From Candidatus Bathyarchaeia archaeon (GTDB lineage: Archaea; Thermoproteota; Bathyarchaeia; Bathyarchaeales; Bathycorpusculaceae): a stretch of DNA of 54,053 bases. This document shows, one piece after another, positions 29,547-39,433 of the stretch. The notes beneath the pieces are model-generated. The model was given only the letters and a program-made list of their open reading frames with translations, searched no databases and was not told the DNA's origin. The position numbers and the translations under genes were made by a program. The stretch lies in the NCBI GenBank assembly GCA_050012255.1, contig JBEKHN010000016.1:1-54053 (forward strand). The letters run 5' to 3'. The first letter of the stretch is position 1. Each line of letters begins with the position of its first letter.

Positions 29547-29617
29547 CTAGACTGCTTTTATTATAAAGGGTCGTGTTTATAGTTGTCGAACGCGCTAGCA
29601 CGAGCTGTCGGTGAGTA

Positions 29618-30091
29618 ATGTTGGAGGATGCTCTGAGGCGAGTGAGGGCTGTTGCAGACTATCAGTTTGGCAGAGGCGTAGGCGCAGAGCTTTTTCCCAA
29701 AGGGGCGAATATTGTATTTTCCAGAAGAACTAGAAGAATCCGCTACATCTATCTGGACGGGAAACGGCTTGCCACTATGCGACCGACGGATGGTATGCTT
29801 TCCCTGAGCATCAGAGGTGCAAGACGGATCGTTGAAGGCGTGGCTTCTGCAACGTGTTTTGTTAGAGTTCAAGATGATGTCTCAAAGTTTATTGCCGAAG
29901 GCGGCGACGTGTTTGCAGCGCACGTCGTGAAGGCTGATGAGGAGATCCGCGCGAAAGACGAGGCAGTCGTCCTCGACGGTAACAAAAAGGTCTTAGCGGT
30001 TGGTCGGGCCATGCTGTCTGGTGAAGAGATGAAGGCTTTCAAGCGCGGCGTCGCCGTCAAGGTTCGACGTGGCTGCACCGATGAAGGTTAA
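29618..30091 (+). CDS. PUA-domain protein (archaeosine TGT C-terminal-like)
   Basis: ADYQFG, GGDVFAAHV, GVAVKVR. Confidence 0.85.
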   Translation: MLEDALRRVRAVADYQFGRGVGAELFPKGANIVFSRRTRRIRYIYLDGKRLATMRPTDGMLSLSIRGARRIVEGVASATCFVRVQDDVSKFIAEGGDVFAAHVVKADEEIRAKDEAVVLDGNKKVLAVGRAMLSGEEMKAFKRGVAVKVRRGCTDEG

Positions 30092-30137
30092 GTTTATGAG
30101 TTCTGACTGGTAGAGGTTAGATGGCAAGGGTGATCAT

Positions 30138-30491
30138 GTGCATAGACGTGTCAATCCGCGTGAAGCAAGACGCATGATGCAACGCATGGGCATGAACATG
30201 GACGCGGTTGCGGATGTTGAACAGGTTGTCATAAAAACAAGCGTTAAAGAGATCACTATCGAAGAGCCTGAAGTTGCGGTGCTTGAGGTGCAGGGCCAGA
30301 AAATCTTTCAGGTGACAGGCGGCAAGATCACTGAGAAAGCCACAGAGCGTAAGCCCTCGGGAATAGCCGAGGAAGACGTAAGACTCGTGGCCGACCAGAC
30401 CGGCAAAAACCCAGATGAAGCCAGAAGAGCCTTAGAAGAAAGCGGCGGAGACCTGGCCAAAGCAATTCTTCTATTACAGTCAAAATTCTAG
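30138..30491 (+). CDS. nac: nascent polypeptide-associated complex protein
   Basis: RRMMQRMGM, UBA-like EDVRLVADQT...GDLAKAI. Confidence 0.92.
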   Translation: MHRRVNPREARRMMQRMGMNMDAVADVEQVVIKTSVKEITIEEPEVAVLEVQGQKIFQVTGGKITEKATERKPSGIAEEDVRLVADQTGKNPDEARRALEESGGDLAKAILLLQSKF

Positions 30492-30717
30492 CCTTCGATC
30501 TTTTTACGCAGAAGTCAAACTCGCGAGCTTCTCACAAACTGCGGCGCCTCTAGCCGATGGATTCAAAAACAGTTGTTGCAGAGAAGAAAGTTGAAGAAAC
30601 CATAAAGAACATACTTGCAGACTCATTTACCGTCCGCGCGCGGAATGAAAGGTAGTGAGGTTCCGTTTAGTTTAAGTTTACTTGAGCTCAATATGCTAGG
30701 CGAGGTCAGATGCGCGC

Positions 30718-31632
30718 GTGTTCGACATTGTTTCAGCAGGCCACTTTGCTGTAGACTCGATTTTCCTGCCTGATCGAAAGACTCCGTTCGTCGTTTTAGG
30801 CGGCTCCGTGACTTATGTTTCCCTTGCTGCGAGGCGCCTGGACGCCAGAGTTTCAGTTATTTCTAAGGTTGGCAGTGACTTTCCAGAGGCTTACAAGTGG
30901 TGGCTTGGACAAGAGGGTGTTGACTTATCGAATGTGCTGAGGGCTGAGGACACGCGGACTACACGTTTTGAACTGAAATACAACAGCGATCTTTCAGACC
31001 GTGACTTGCGGTCAGAGTGCAGAATGTCCCCAATCACTGTTGAAGATATATCGAATTCTCCGAGGGCCAAAGCTGTTCATATCGGACCCATAGCTGGCGA
31101 GGTTGCATACGATGTTGCCGAGAAGCTCAGAAACTGTGGTGAAGTCACCTCTCTTGACCCACAGGGGTTTGTGCGCCGGTTTGACGAGAACGGGAACGTT
31201 ACGCTTGGGCCGCTTGTGGACGAGCGTGTGTTGGGGCTCATCGACATTTTCAAGTCTTCACTCAGTGAACTCTGGGCTGTGACAGGTCTTTCAGAGCTTG
31301 AACCTGCCGTGAAGGCAATACATGATCATGGAGTCAAGATTGTCATAACCACTTTGGGTGCGAAAGGAGCGGCGGTTTCGGTTGAGGGCACGATCCATAA
31401 TGTTCCAGCCTACAAACCTGAGAAGCTTGTTGACCCAACCGGAGCTGGAGACGCCTTCATGGGAGGCTTCTTGGCCGAGTATGTTCGTGGCGAGGATTGT
31501 TCTTGGTGTTCATGCGTCGGGACGGCGGTCGCTTCGCTTGTTGTTGAAGGCGTCGGTCCGACATTCTTCGGTGAAAAAGAAGAAATCATCCGAAGAGCCC
31601 GCATCCTCTATGAAAAAGAAATTAAGGAATGA
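30718..31632 (+). CDS. PfkB family carbohydrate kinase
   Basis: LGGSVTY, DPTGAGDAFMGGF. Confidence 0.92.
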   Translation: MFDIVSAGHFAVDSIFLPDRKTPFVVLGGSVTYVSLAARRLDARVSVISKVGSDFPEAYKWWLGQEGVDLSNVLRAEDTRTTRFELKYNSDLSDRDLRSECRMSPITVEDISNSPRAKAVHIGPIAGEVAYDVAEKLRNCGEVTSLDPQGFVRRFDENGNVTLGPLVDERVLGLIDIFKSSLSELWAVTGLSELEPAVKAIHDHGVKIVITTLGAKGAAVSVEGTIHNVPAYKPEKLVDPTGAGDAFMGGFLAEYVRGEDCSWCSCVGTAVASLVVEGVGPTFFGEKEEIIRRARILYEKEIKE

Positions 31633-31657
31633 TGGGTACTGTAATTCATCAAAACCA
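31612..31657 (+). repeat. 46-bp direct repeat, left copy (pfkB 3' end and stop)
   Basis: 44/46 identical to 41608-41653. Confidence 0.92.
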
Positions 31658-31851
31658 GCGCGCATGCTTGTTCCTAAATTCTGTTCAAGAGGGAGGCATG
31701 ACGTTCTCCGATGGTTACTGTCACGGTTCGAGGGCGTGCTTGCGTGCTCACACCCTCCCCCCGGGGATGCTATATGAGCCAAATATGGTTGAAGAGCAAA
31801 ATGAGTAAAGCAAGCTACTTCCCGAAAGAATTTAGGAACACGCTAGCGCGC
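31658..31851. mobile_element. MITE-like element, 194 bp, 25-bp terminal inverted repeats
   Basis: GCGCGCATGCTTGTTCCTAAATTCT ... AGAATTTAGGAACACGCTAGCGCGC (22/25); no convincing TSD. Confidence 0.55.
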
Positions 31852-32173
31852 CAAGCGAGAGGGTTGTAGTTACCCGCTAGGTTTTTTTGCAGAAAGATCA
31901 CAGACCTAGTAGGTAGTGACATTGACTTCCCTACGTGCAAGGCGCCCGGTTGCGGGGAACCCGCGGGCAAGGAACCGTTGCTTTTTGCAGGTTCGCAATA
32001 GCCAACGACCGTAATATGGCACTTTTGAAGTTTTCCTGCACTTGTGCGCCATTTTCTGTTTGTAAGTGATTGCGAGCAGTCAGCGCTGAACAAATGAATT
32101 GCACACGCGGCAAGCCAAGACGTGCTGTCGACGTTTTCCTTGAGAATGGACCTGAACTGAGAAAAAGGGCGCG

Positions 32174-35100
32174 CTATGGAATGTGTTGGTTGAAGTGGCC
32201 TGCGAGTATTATGGCGTCGTAGATGTCAACAGTGCCGTCGCCGTTTATGTCCGCGTTGGGGTTCCACTTTGTACTGCCAGGGCTGGAGTTGAAGGCGCTA
32301 GATAGTTTGATGGCGTCGTAGATGTCAACTGTGCCGTCGCCGTTGATGTCGCCTGGGATCGTCACGACGACCCTGAGGGAGCGGTTGTTGTCAGAAGTGT
32401 CCGCCTCGCTTGCAACGGGGCCTGCTGTGGCTGATACGGTGTAGTTACCCTTGGCACAGTCCGCAGCGTTCCAAGTTATCGTCAGCGTCGTGTAGTCTCC
32501 TTTTGACAGGCTAACGGTCTGCTGGGTTATGAGCGTTGAGTTGACGACCACGGTCAGGGTGAACGGTTCGTCGTAGGTGCCGAGGTTCAGGATTGTCAGG
32601 CTTATCTGTAGCACGCTCATCTGCGGCGCGTAGGACTGTCCGATAACGGTCTTTGACACGACAAAGCTTGCTATTCCGATGTTGTGCAGGCTGAAAGGCT
32701 TCACAAGAGGATAGTAGTCCGTGTTGTTCGTAGCGACGACGTAGGGCGTGTTCCAGATGCCTGAACTATCATTTTCAGTGGCGTTCGGATACTTTGTTAG
32801 GTAATCGCTCCAGTAGTTGCCGCCACTCGGGTAGCCGTCGTCCCAGACGTTTCCTGTTGAGTTTGACATGTTCAGTGTGAAGTTGCTGTTGATGAAGTCG
32901 TTGTGGAAGAACCTGTTGTTGTTTGAGTTGGTTATGTTTATCGCGACAACGTTGTAGGTCATTATGTTCGCGTAAACGATGTTGCCGCTGGACTGTAGGT
33001 TGAGGCCGATGCTGCTCAGGCTGATCATGTTGCCGGTGATTGTGTTGTTGGATGTTGAAGAGGTCAAGCTGACGGCGATGTTGTCGTTTTCGAATATGTT
33101 ATTGTAAACAAGGTTGTTGGAGGCGTTGGAGCCTTGGAGGGCAACTCCATTTTGATTTATGAGAGACATTATGTTGTCGTAGATCTTGCAGCCGCTGGCT
33201 CCGTTGACGAGGATGCCTTGAGCCCAGCTGGTTATCGTTATTCCAGCAATAGTCGACCCAGATCCACTGGGAACTATCGTTATGGCGATTCCGCTTCCGC
33301 CGCCGTTGAAGGTTGGTTCACTGCCTAGTCTGCCAAGAATGGTTAACGTCTTATTGATTACCAAAGACTCATTGTAGATGCCCGGTGCGACTAGAACGAT
33401 GGCTCCTAGGGGAGCAGCGTTGATAGCCGCCTGCACCGTCGCATAGTTCTCCGTCCTGACGATTTCTCCAAATGCGTAAAGAGTATGGTCTGCTGAACCT
33501 ACGAAGACCATGCCGTCGGCGATCGCAGGGGAAGAATAAACATAGCTGCCTGTGGTGTAGCTCCAAACCAGAGCCCCAGTGACAGCATCCAAACAGTAAA
33601 CCATACCATCGTATGATCCCACGTAAACCCTACCACCAGAAACAGCAGGAGAAGAGTCCACCCAGTTTCCTGTGGTGTAGTTCCAAACCAGAGCTCCACT
33701 GACAGCATCCAAACAGTAAACATTATGATCACTTGATCCAACGTAGACCTTGCCACCAGCAACAGCAGGAGAAGAAATAACAAAGCTGCCTGTGGTGTAG
33801 TTCCAAACTAGGACCCCAGTAACAGCATTTAAACAGCAAATTCTGCCATCGTATGATCCCACGTAAACCCTACCACCAGCAACAGCAGGAGAAGACCAAA
33901 CATAGCTGCCTGTGGTGTAGTTCCAAACTAGGGCTCCAGTGGCAGCATCCAAACAGTAAACATTATGATCATACGATCCCACGTAAACCCTACCACCAGC
34001 AACAGCAGGAGAAGAAATAACAAAGCTGCCTGTGGTGTAGTTCCAAACTATAGCCCCCGTAGAAGCATCCAAACAGTAAACATTATGATCCTCTGCTCCC
34101 ACGTAAACCCTACCATAATCGACAGCAGGAGAAGACCAAACATAGCTGCCTGTGGTGCGGCTCCAAACCAGAGCCCCAGTGACAGCATCCAAACAGTAAA
34201 CCGTGCCATCATCTGATCCCACGTAAACCCTACCACCAGAAACAGCAGGAGAAGAGTCCACATAGTTGCCTGTGGTGTAGTTCCAAACCTCAGTCCCAGT
34301 AGAAGCGTTCAAAGCGTAAACATTTTTGTCGAACGACCCGATGAAAACTATGCCGTCAGCAACGGCAGGCGAAGAACTCGTTATGTTACCTGTCGTGTAG
34401 TTCCACATTGTGTGGTTTGTTTGGGGTGCTGAGCTCTCCGTGTAGCCTGTGTGCGTGAGTTCGCGGTGGAACATGGGCCACGGATATCTTGTTTGTGGAC
34501 CGGACGGCGAGAAGGCGTAGACTCTCCCGTCGTATGAAGCCACGTAAACAAAACCGCCACTGACAGCAGGAGAAGAATATACGTAGTCTCCTGTCGTGTA
34601 GCTCCATAAGCATGCTCCTGTGTAGGCATCCAGAGCGTAGACGTTATGATCGTCTGAGCCCACGTACACGACACTGCCGCTAACAGCGGGAGAGGAATGG
34701 GCGTTGCTGCCATGTGTAGTGTAGCTCCAATTTGGGGCTCCTGTAGAAGAATTCAAAGCGTAGATGTTCGCTGAGCCAACGTAAACAAGGCCGCCACTGA
34801 CAGCAGGAGAAGAATAGACAGCAAAGTCGCCCGTTAAGTGACTCCACTTTAGGGCTCCGGTGGTTGCGTCCAAGGCATAGATGTTATCGTCTGCTGAACC
34901 CACGTAGACGACGCCGCCACTGACTGCAGGTGAGGAATAGACGAGGCCGCCAGTCGTGTAGTTCCATTTCAGGGCTCCGGTAGTCGCGTCGAAGGCGTAC
35001 ACCTTCCCGTCCTCAGAGCCCACGTACACGACACCACAACTGACAACAGGGGAAGACTCGATGTAGCCGCCAGTCGTGTAATTCCATTTCAGGACTCCCG

Positions 35101-35584
35101 TGGCCGCGTTCAAAGCGTAGAGGTTCCGATCGTCTGAGCCAACGTACACGACGCCACCACTGACGGCAGGAGAAGAGTCCACATAGCCGCCCGTCGTGTA
35201 GTTCCATTTCAGCGTTCCAGTAACAGCGTTCAAAGCGTAGAGGTTCCTATCTTCTGAGCCAACGTACACGACGCCACTACTAACGGCAGGAGAAGAGAGG
35301 GCCCAATCGCTTGTTGCGTATTTCCATCTCAGCGTTCCATTAGCGGCATCCAAGGCATAGATGTTCCCATCGCGTGAGCCAACGTACACGAAATCGCCAC
35401 TCACGGCAGGAGAAGAATAGACCAAGTCGCCTGTCGTGAAGTTCCAGGTGAGTTCAAGTGGCGGTGTTACGTTCTGCGTTGTCCCCGTGTGCTCCGGGTT
35501 GAAGCGGAACATCGGCCAGTCCGTTGAGGGTTGAGCGGAGGCTGGATGAATGAGCATCGCTTCGGCCAGACTCGCAGCGATCAA
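32174..35584 (-). CDS. surface protein: two PQQ-like beta-propellers, parallel beta-helix, CARDB-like, C-terminal dockerin
   Basis: Two WPMF-led arrays of 40-aa SSPAV.GG.VYVGS.D repeats; GGNYWSDY; GDINGDGTVDIYD / ADINGDGTVDIYD. Confidence 0.9.
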   Translation of the reverse strand: MIAASLAEAMLIHPASAQPSTDWPMFRFNPEHTGTTQNVTPPLELTWNFTTGDLVYSSPAVSGDFVYVGSRDGNIYALDAANGTLRWKYATSDWALSSPAVSSGVVYVGSEDRNLYALNAVTGTLKWNYTTGGYVDSSPAVSGGVVYVGSDDRNLYALNAATGVLKWNYTTGGYIESSPVVSCGVVYVGSEDGKVYAFDATTGALKWNYTTGGLVYSSPAVSGGVVYVGSADDNIYALDATTGALKWSHLTGDFAVYSSPAVSGGLVYVGSANIYALNSSTGAPNWSYTTHGSNAHSSPAVSGSVVYVGSDDHNVYALDAYTGACLWSYTTGDYVYSSPAVSGGFVYVASYDGRVYAFSPSGPQTRYPWPMFHRELTHTGYTESSAPQTNHTMWNYTTGNITSSSPAVADGIVFIGSFDKNVYALNASTGTEVWNYTTGNYVDSSPAVSGGRVYVGSDDGTVYCLDAVTGALVWSRTTGSYVWSSPAVDYGRVYVGAEDHNVYCLDASTGAIVWNYTTGSFVISSPAVAGGRVYVGSYDHNVYCLDAATGALVWNYTTGSYVWSSPAVAGGRVYVGSYDGRICCLNAVTGVLVWNYTTGSFVISSPAVAGGKVYVGSSDHNVYCLDAVSGALVWNYTTGNWVDSSPAVSGGRVYVGSYDGMVYCLDAVTGALVWSYTTGSYVYSSPAIADGMVFVGSADHTLYAFGEIVRTENYATVQAAINAAPLGAIVLVAPGIYNESLVINKTLTILGRLGSEPTFNGGGSGIAITIVPSGSGSTIAGITITSWAQGILVNGASGCKIYDNIMSLINQNGVALQGSNASNNLVYNNIFENDNIAVSLTSSTSNNTITGNMISLSSIGLNLQSSGNIVYANIMTYNVVAINITNSNNNRFFHNDFINSNFTLNMSNSTGNVWDDGYPSGGNYWSDYLTKYPNATENDSSGIWNTPYVVATNNTDYYPLVKPFSLHNIGIASFVVSKTVIGQSYAPQMSVLQISLTILNLGTYDEPFTLTVVVNSTLITQQTVSLSKGDYTTLTITWNAADCAKGNYTVSATAGPVASEADTSDNNRSLRVVVTIPGDINGDGTVDIYDAIKLSSAFNSSPGSTKWNPNADINGDGTVDIYDAIILAGHFNQHIP
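33490..34330. repeat. intragenic 120-bp tandem repeats (~7 units)
   Basis: TGTGGTGTAGTTCCAAAC and AAACAGTAAA recur with exact 120-bp period. Confidence 0.9.
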
Positions 35585-35750
35585 TAAGACGACGATCGCC
35601 GCAGCTTTAGACGTTGTCCATCCTCCCCGGGACCTGGTCTGATCATGTTAAACTCTCTCTGACATTTTAAGCTTTATGGAAAATTGTTTCAGCCACCGCA
35701 ACCCCTTCGGGTTGAACCTAGAGACCGAAGCCGACCCTAAAGCGCGCGCG

Positions 35751-38700
35751 CTAATCATCGCCTCGTTTGGCAGGTGCCTTACGTTTACGTCGCAGTGCCT
35801 CTGAAAGCTCCGCCACGTATTTGTCTATCCTTTTATCGATAATCTCGTAGTTTTCCTGAGTTATCTTGCCGTCGGTTAACCCTTCCAGAACCGTGTTTCT
35901 TAGCGAATAAAGCTCGTCCTCACAGTTTTTTGGATATGTCTTCAACCTGGAATAAACGTCATCGGCCTCAGCCAAGAAAGCTTTAACGATGTTTCTTCTT
36001 TTCCTAGACCTGAACCAGGTGCCTCCAACTAGACCAAGAGTGAGCGTTGTTCCGAGCACTGCAAGCATAGTTTGCATCACATCTGGACGAACCAAAAGTT
36101 CCCACCAAGCTTGCGCGCGAACGTAGTGAGCTGTGATGCCGTACGGTCCGTCCATTGTGATGTTTATGAAGTTGACTCCGTTTGGGTATTCATAGCCTGC
36201 GCCCCCAGTCCATTGTTGAAAAGCGTACCCATTTACTTGCTGTGCTGTGCAGACCACTTCGGCGTTGCTGTCATACCATGTTCCTGCAGGATAGACGCTT
36301 GGCTGTGGGTTCAGCCCTGTTGGATCTGTGCGCACCGTCAGGAGATACTGGGTTTTCCAATTCCACTGTATGCTTGATGGCTGGTCCAATGTGAAATTGG
36401 TTGTCAACGAGGCTCCTGAAGAGGGAACGTTCCTCGTTCCTGTCCAGCCAGTGCACACGTATTGAGTACCTGTTGATCCTGAGAGAGGCGAAGTGATTGA
36501 TCCGTTGAAGGGTGTCCCAGCTTCAAACCACCCAGTGGTCGGTGTGGGGGTGCTGTACTGGGAAGTTACGGTTAGGAGGTATTCGTGTCTCCATACAGCA
36601 GTCGCGTTTGTCGGCCCATTCATCGCTATAAAGATTGGATTGTCGGTGCTGCTCGAGTTTCTGGCACCTTTCTGAATCCAAACAAGTCCAGTGTAATTTT
36701 CCCCTGCGACGGCGCTTGGAGCTATGGCAAGAACGGGTACGATTGAACTTGCATTGCACCAGTATTTGCCTGCTGACGGCTCCGTTTGATTTTGACCTCC
36801 GAAGTTTGTCTCTATGACTAGGGGATATTGAAGCTCATATACAGCTTCAGCCGTTACATTGCTGTCTACTATGTTGAACGTTCTTGTGCTTGAAGTGTTG
36901 CCGTCTGTCCAGTTGACAAACACTAGTTGGGAATCAGGTTCAGGTGAAAAGACGCTTGTGACGTTTACTTTGTAAGCGCCTGGTTGGAGAAACACGCTAA
37001 TTTCCTCTTCAGCCGTAGTGTTATACACGTCCTCGTCAACTTTGACCGGCATGTCTGAATGCATTGTCTTTATGGTCAAGACGAACCCTGACAGGTGGTA
37101 TTTGACAAGCTCATCCCAAGGCGTATTAATTGCAAATGCTGTATCCTCATAAATAGTTGCAAACGTGTCATACTTTCCTTTTTCATCAGGGAAAAACACT
37201 GCCAAACCATTAGTTCCTGGCTCGTTTATGTCGAGCTTCATGATTACCGCGTTTTCTATCGAAGTCATGACTTGGCTAGAATCGTTTCTTAGCTCCTCGT
37301 CCGGCACGGTCGCATTTACGAGGGAAGCGAAATCGTAAAGATCAACATAATATCCAGTTTGGTAGGTCCCGTTTGGGTTTTGATAGGGTCCCGGATATCC
37401 TTTAGTCATGCTTCTTGCCAAGCTTATCTGTTCGTGGTAGAGTGTTTCTTTTTCCTTCAATGTTGTAGCGAAATCGTCGATTGCTGCCGCGAGACTGGTC
37501 ATCTTGGTCAAGTCTGTCGCTGTCATTGTTGCACTTTGGATCCAAGGAGCGTTAGCGTAAGCCCAGCGTATATAGTCTTTAACTATTTCTTTGGCAAATG
37601 CGTTGGGTGAAATTGATGAGTTGTTTGACAGGTTATTCAGATAAGCATCATAAGGCGGCATATCTGAGCCGTAGCCGAGGCCTTCGGGACCAACTAGGAT
37701 ATTCGCAGAATCTTTGATCTGGTAAGCCACCTCTAGCATGCTCGTGCCGCAAGCGTCCATGAGCACACCGTCTATGATCGCCGGGATTCCGCTCAAAGCT
37801 TGGGTGATTTTTGGAAGCGACAAAGAGTCATTCCCACTCGCAACGTCGTAACAAATACCCATGCAGCCACTTCCATGATCCCAAAGAACCAAGAAAAGGA
37901 AGTTCGCTGGGTAGTTGTTAATGGTCCAGTTGACGAAATCTTTCAGCGTGTTTGGGTTTCCCATGTCGATGTCCCCCAAGTCTTGGCCCGGGACCGCGTT
38001 TTCAGCGGTTGGCGTCATGCCTTGCTTGACGTTGAAGCGTTTTCCCCCTGTCCAATTGCCGTATCTTTCATCTTGGCTGGGCGCTCTGTCCATCTGTACG
38101 ACTATGTTGAAGTCAGGTGACGATGTTACGTTCGCCAATCTTAAGAAGACGTCAATACCGAGATCGTGAATTTGTCCACTTATGTTGAGGCCATTTGCCA
38201 GGCTGTTGTCTGAGTCAAGGTAGACCATGAAAGTCCAATTTGCGACAGATTCGTTTCCAACGATGAAAGGCGTGGTTGCGATGGGTCCGTACGGTGTCCA
38301 CGCATCATTTGAGTAGAAGCTGTCCACGTAGACTTCGACTTTCCAGTTTCCAACAGGAGTGGTCGAGTCGATAGAGATAGAATCGTTGGGAATTAACCCA
38401 GACTTCCAATAGTTCAGAGTCACATCGTTGTCTTTGTAGTCACTGAAGACGGACGAGTGAGTCTTGTAGATTGTTCCGTTTGGTTGAACCCACACGGTTG
38501 TAAAGTTGTGAGAGTTCCCTGTCTCTTCGTCGAAGTATGCCATATTGTCGAACCTTAAGTAATAAGAAACTTGGTTGTCAACGCCCACGGTGAACCGTGA
38601 TTTCAAGTTCGCAGGCTGGCCGTTTGCATCAACATTTTCGCACGTACGTGGGCTGTTTAAGCCGTCGTTGGTGACCTCAAAGAATTCGGAAAATGAGAGA

Positions 38701-39284
38701 AGACCATCTAGGTATACGTCGACCTTGTATGCTCTGGGGAAGTATACCCCTGGCCAGTATCCAGCAATGGACAGATAGCCTCCATAGCGATAGGGGGGAG
38801 TGGGATATCCATCTATATTTTTCGCATTCTCAGTCCAGTTATAGCATGAAATCCAAGCCTTTGATGAATTGTCCCTGTGATACCATCTGAATTCGATTGT
38901 GTTGCTAGTACTGAAGGTTGTCACACAAACTGCCTGCTTGTCGCTCGGGCTGAACGTTGTTGTCGGTTCAATGGGATCGTAGAACGTTGTGCAGTCCTTG
39001 CACATCAGATGCTGACTAAACGAAGCGGAACTGGAAGTGGAGGAAAGACCCAATTGCAGACCCCCTCCATGGAAGATTCCGGTCAGACTATCCTGAAGGG
39101 GCATATCGGTTGATTGCTCAGCTTTTGTGGACGTTTGATTTGCATTGTTGGAAGTTCCGGTGGTCGATGGATAGTTCTGTTCGGCATTGCTGGGTCGGCA
39201 ACTCTGAACGTATAGATTGAAAACAGATGTCAGCAAGCACAGAGACAATGTGAATGAAAAAAAGACTTTCCTTGTAGTTTTCAA
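35751..39284 (-). CDS. clostripain-family (C11) cysteine peptidase, C-terminal membrane anchor
   Basis: WTFMVYLDSDN, WDHGSG (His), MDACGT (Cys), YVDLYDFA; signal peptide; repeated beta domains; TM + basic stop-transfer + cytoplasmic tail. Confidence 0.88.
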   Translation of the reverse strand: MKTTRKVFFSFTLSLCLLTSVFNLYVQSCRPSNAEQNYPSTTGTSNNANQTSTKAEQSTDMPLQDSLTGIFHGGGLQLGLSSTSSSASFSQHLMCKDCTTFYDPIEPTTTFSPSDKQAVCVTTFSTSNTIEFRWYHRDNSSKAWISCYNWTENAKNIDGYPTPPYRYGGYLSIAGYWPGVYFPRAYKVDVYLDGLLSFSEFFEVTNDGLNSPRTCENVDANGQPANLKSRFTVGVDNQVSYYLRFDNMAYFDEETGNSHNFTTVWVQPNGTIYKTHSSVFSDYKDNDVTLNYWKSGLIPNDSISIDSTTPVGNWKVEVYVDSFYSNDAWTPYGPIATTPFIVGNESVANWTFMVYLDSDNSLANGLNISGQIHDLGIDVFLRLANVTSSPDFNIVVQMDRAPSQDERYGNWTGGKRFNVKQGMTPTAENAVPGQDLGDIDMGNPNTLKDFVNWTINNYPANFLFLVLWDHGSGCMGICYDVASGNDSLSLPKITQALSGIPAIIDGVLMDACGTSMLEVAYQIKDSANILVGPEGLGYGSDMPPYDAYLNNLSNNSSISPNAFAKEIVKDYIRWAYANAPWIQSATMTATDLTKMTSLAAAIDDFATTLKEKETLYHEQISLARSMTKGYPGPYQNPNGTYQTGYYVDLYDFASLVNATVPDEELRNDSSQVMTSIENAVIMKLDINEPGTNGLAVFFPDEKGKYDTFATIYEDTAFAINTPWDELVKYHLSGFVLTIKTMHSDMPVKVDEDVYNTTAEEEISVFLQPGAYKVNVTSVFSPEPDSQLVFVNWTDGNTSSTRTFNIVDSNVTAEAVYELQYPLVIETNFGGQNQTEPSAGKYWCNASSIVPVLAIAPSAVAGENYTGLVWIQKGARNSSSTDNPIFIAMNGPTNATAVWRHEYLLTVTSQYSTPTPTTGWFEAGTPFNGSITSPLSGSTGTQYVCTGWTGTRNVPSSGASLTTNFTLDQPSSIQWNWKTQYLLTVRTDPTGLNPQPSVYPAGTWYDSNAEVVCTAQQVNGYAFQQWTGGAGYEYPNGVNFINITMDGPYGITAHYVRAQAWWELLVRPDVMQTMLAVLGTTLTLGLVGGTWFRSRKRRNIVKAFLAEADDVYSRLKTYPKNCEDELYSLRNTVLEGLTDGKITQENYEIIDKRIDKYVAELSEALRRKRKAPAKRGDD

Positions 39285-39433
39285 CCGAATCGCCGCGCTC
39301 CGCTATATAATATTCCCTTGGCATGTCTGAAATATAAGAATTCGCAACCCAACAACGAGGGACTGAGTTTTGAGGTAAACCTCAAATGATTAGGGAAATA
39401 AACGCAAAAGATACGCTCCGCACGCGCATCTGC

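Noticed and set aside
31628-31657. Box C/D sRNA in the 46-bp repeat (ATGATGG)
   Set aside because: Box C imperfect, altered in the second copy, and no properly placed CTGA box D
31852-32170. Short ORFs or structured RNA left of the propeller gene
   Set aside because: No recognisable motif, start context or convincing fold by eye
33490-35420. CRISPR array or DGR template/variable repeats
   Set aside because: Repeats are in-frame 120-bp coding units without spacers; no cas or reverse transcriptase gene; differences not restricted to adenines
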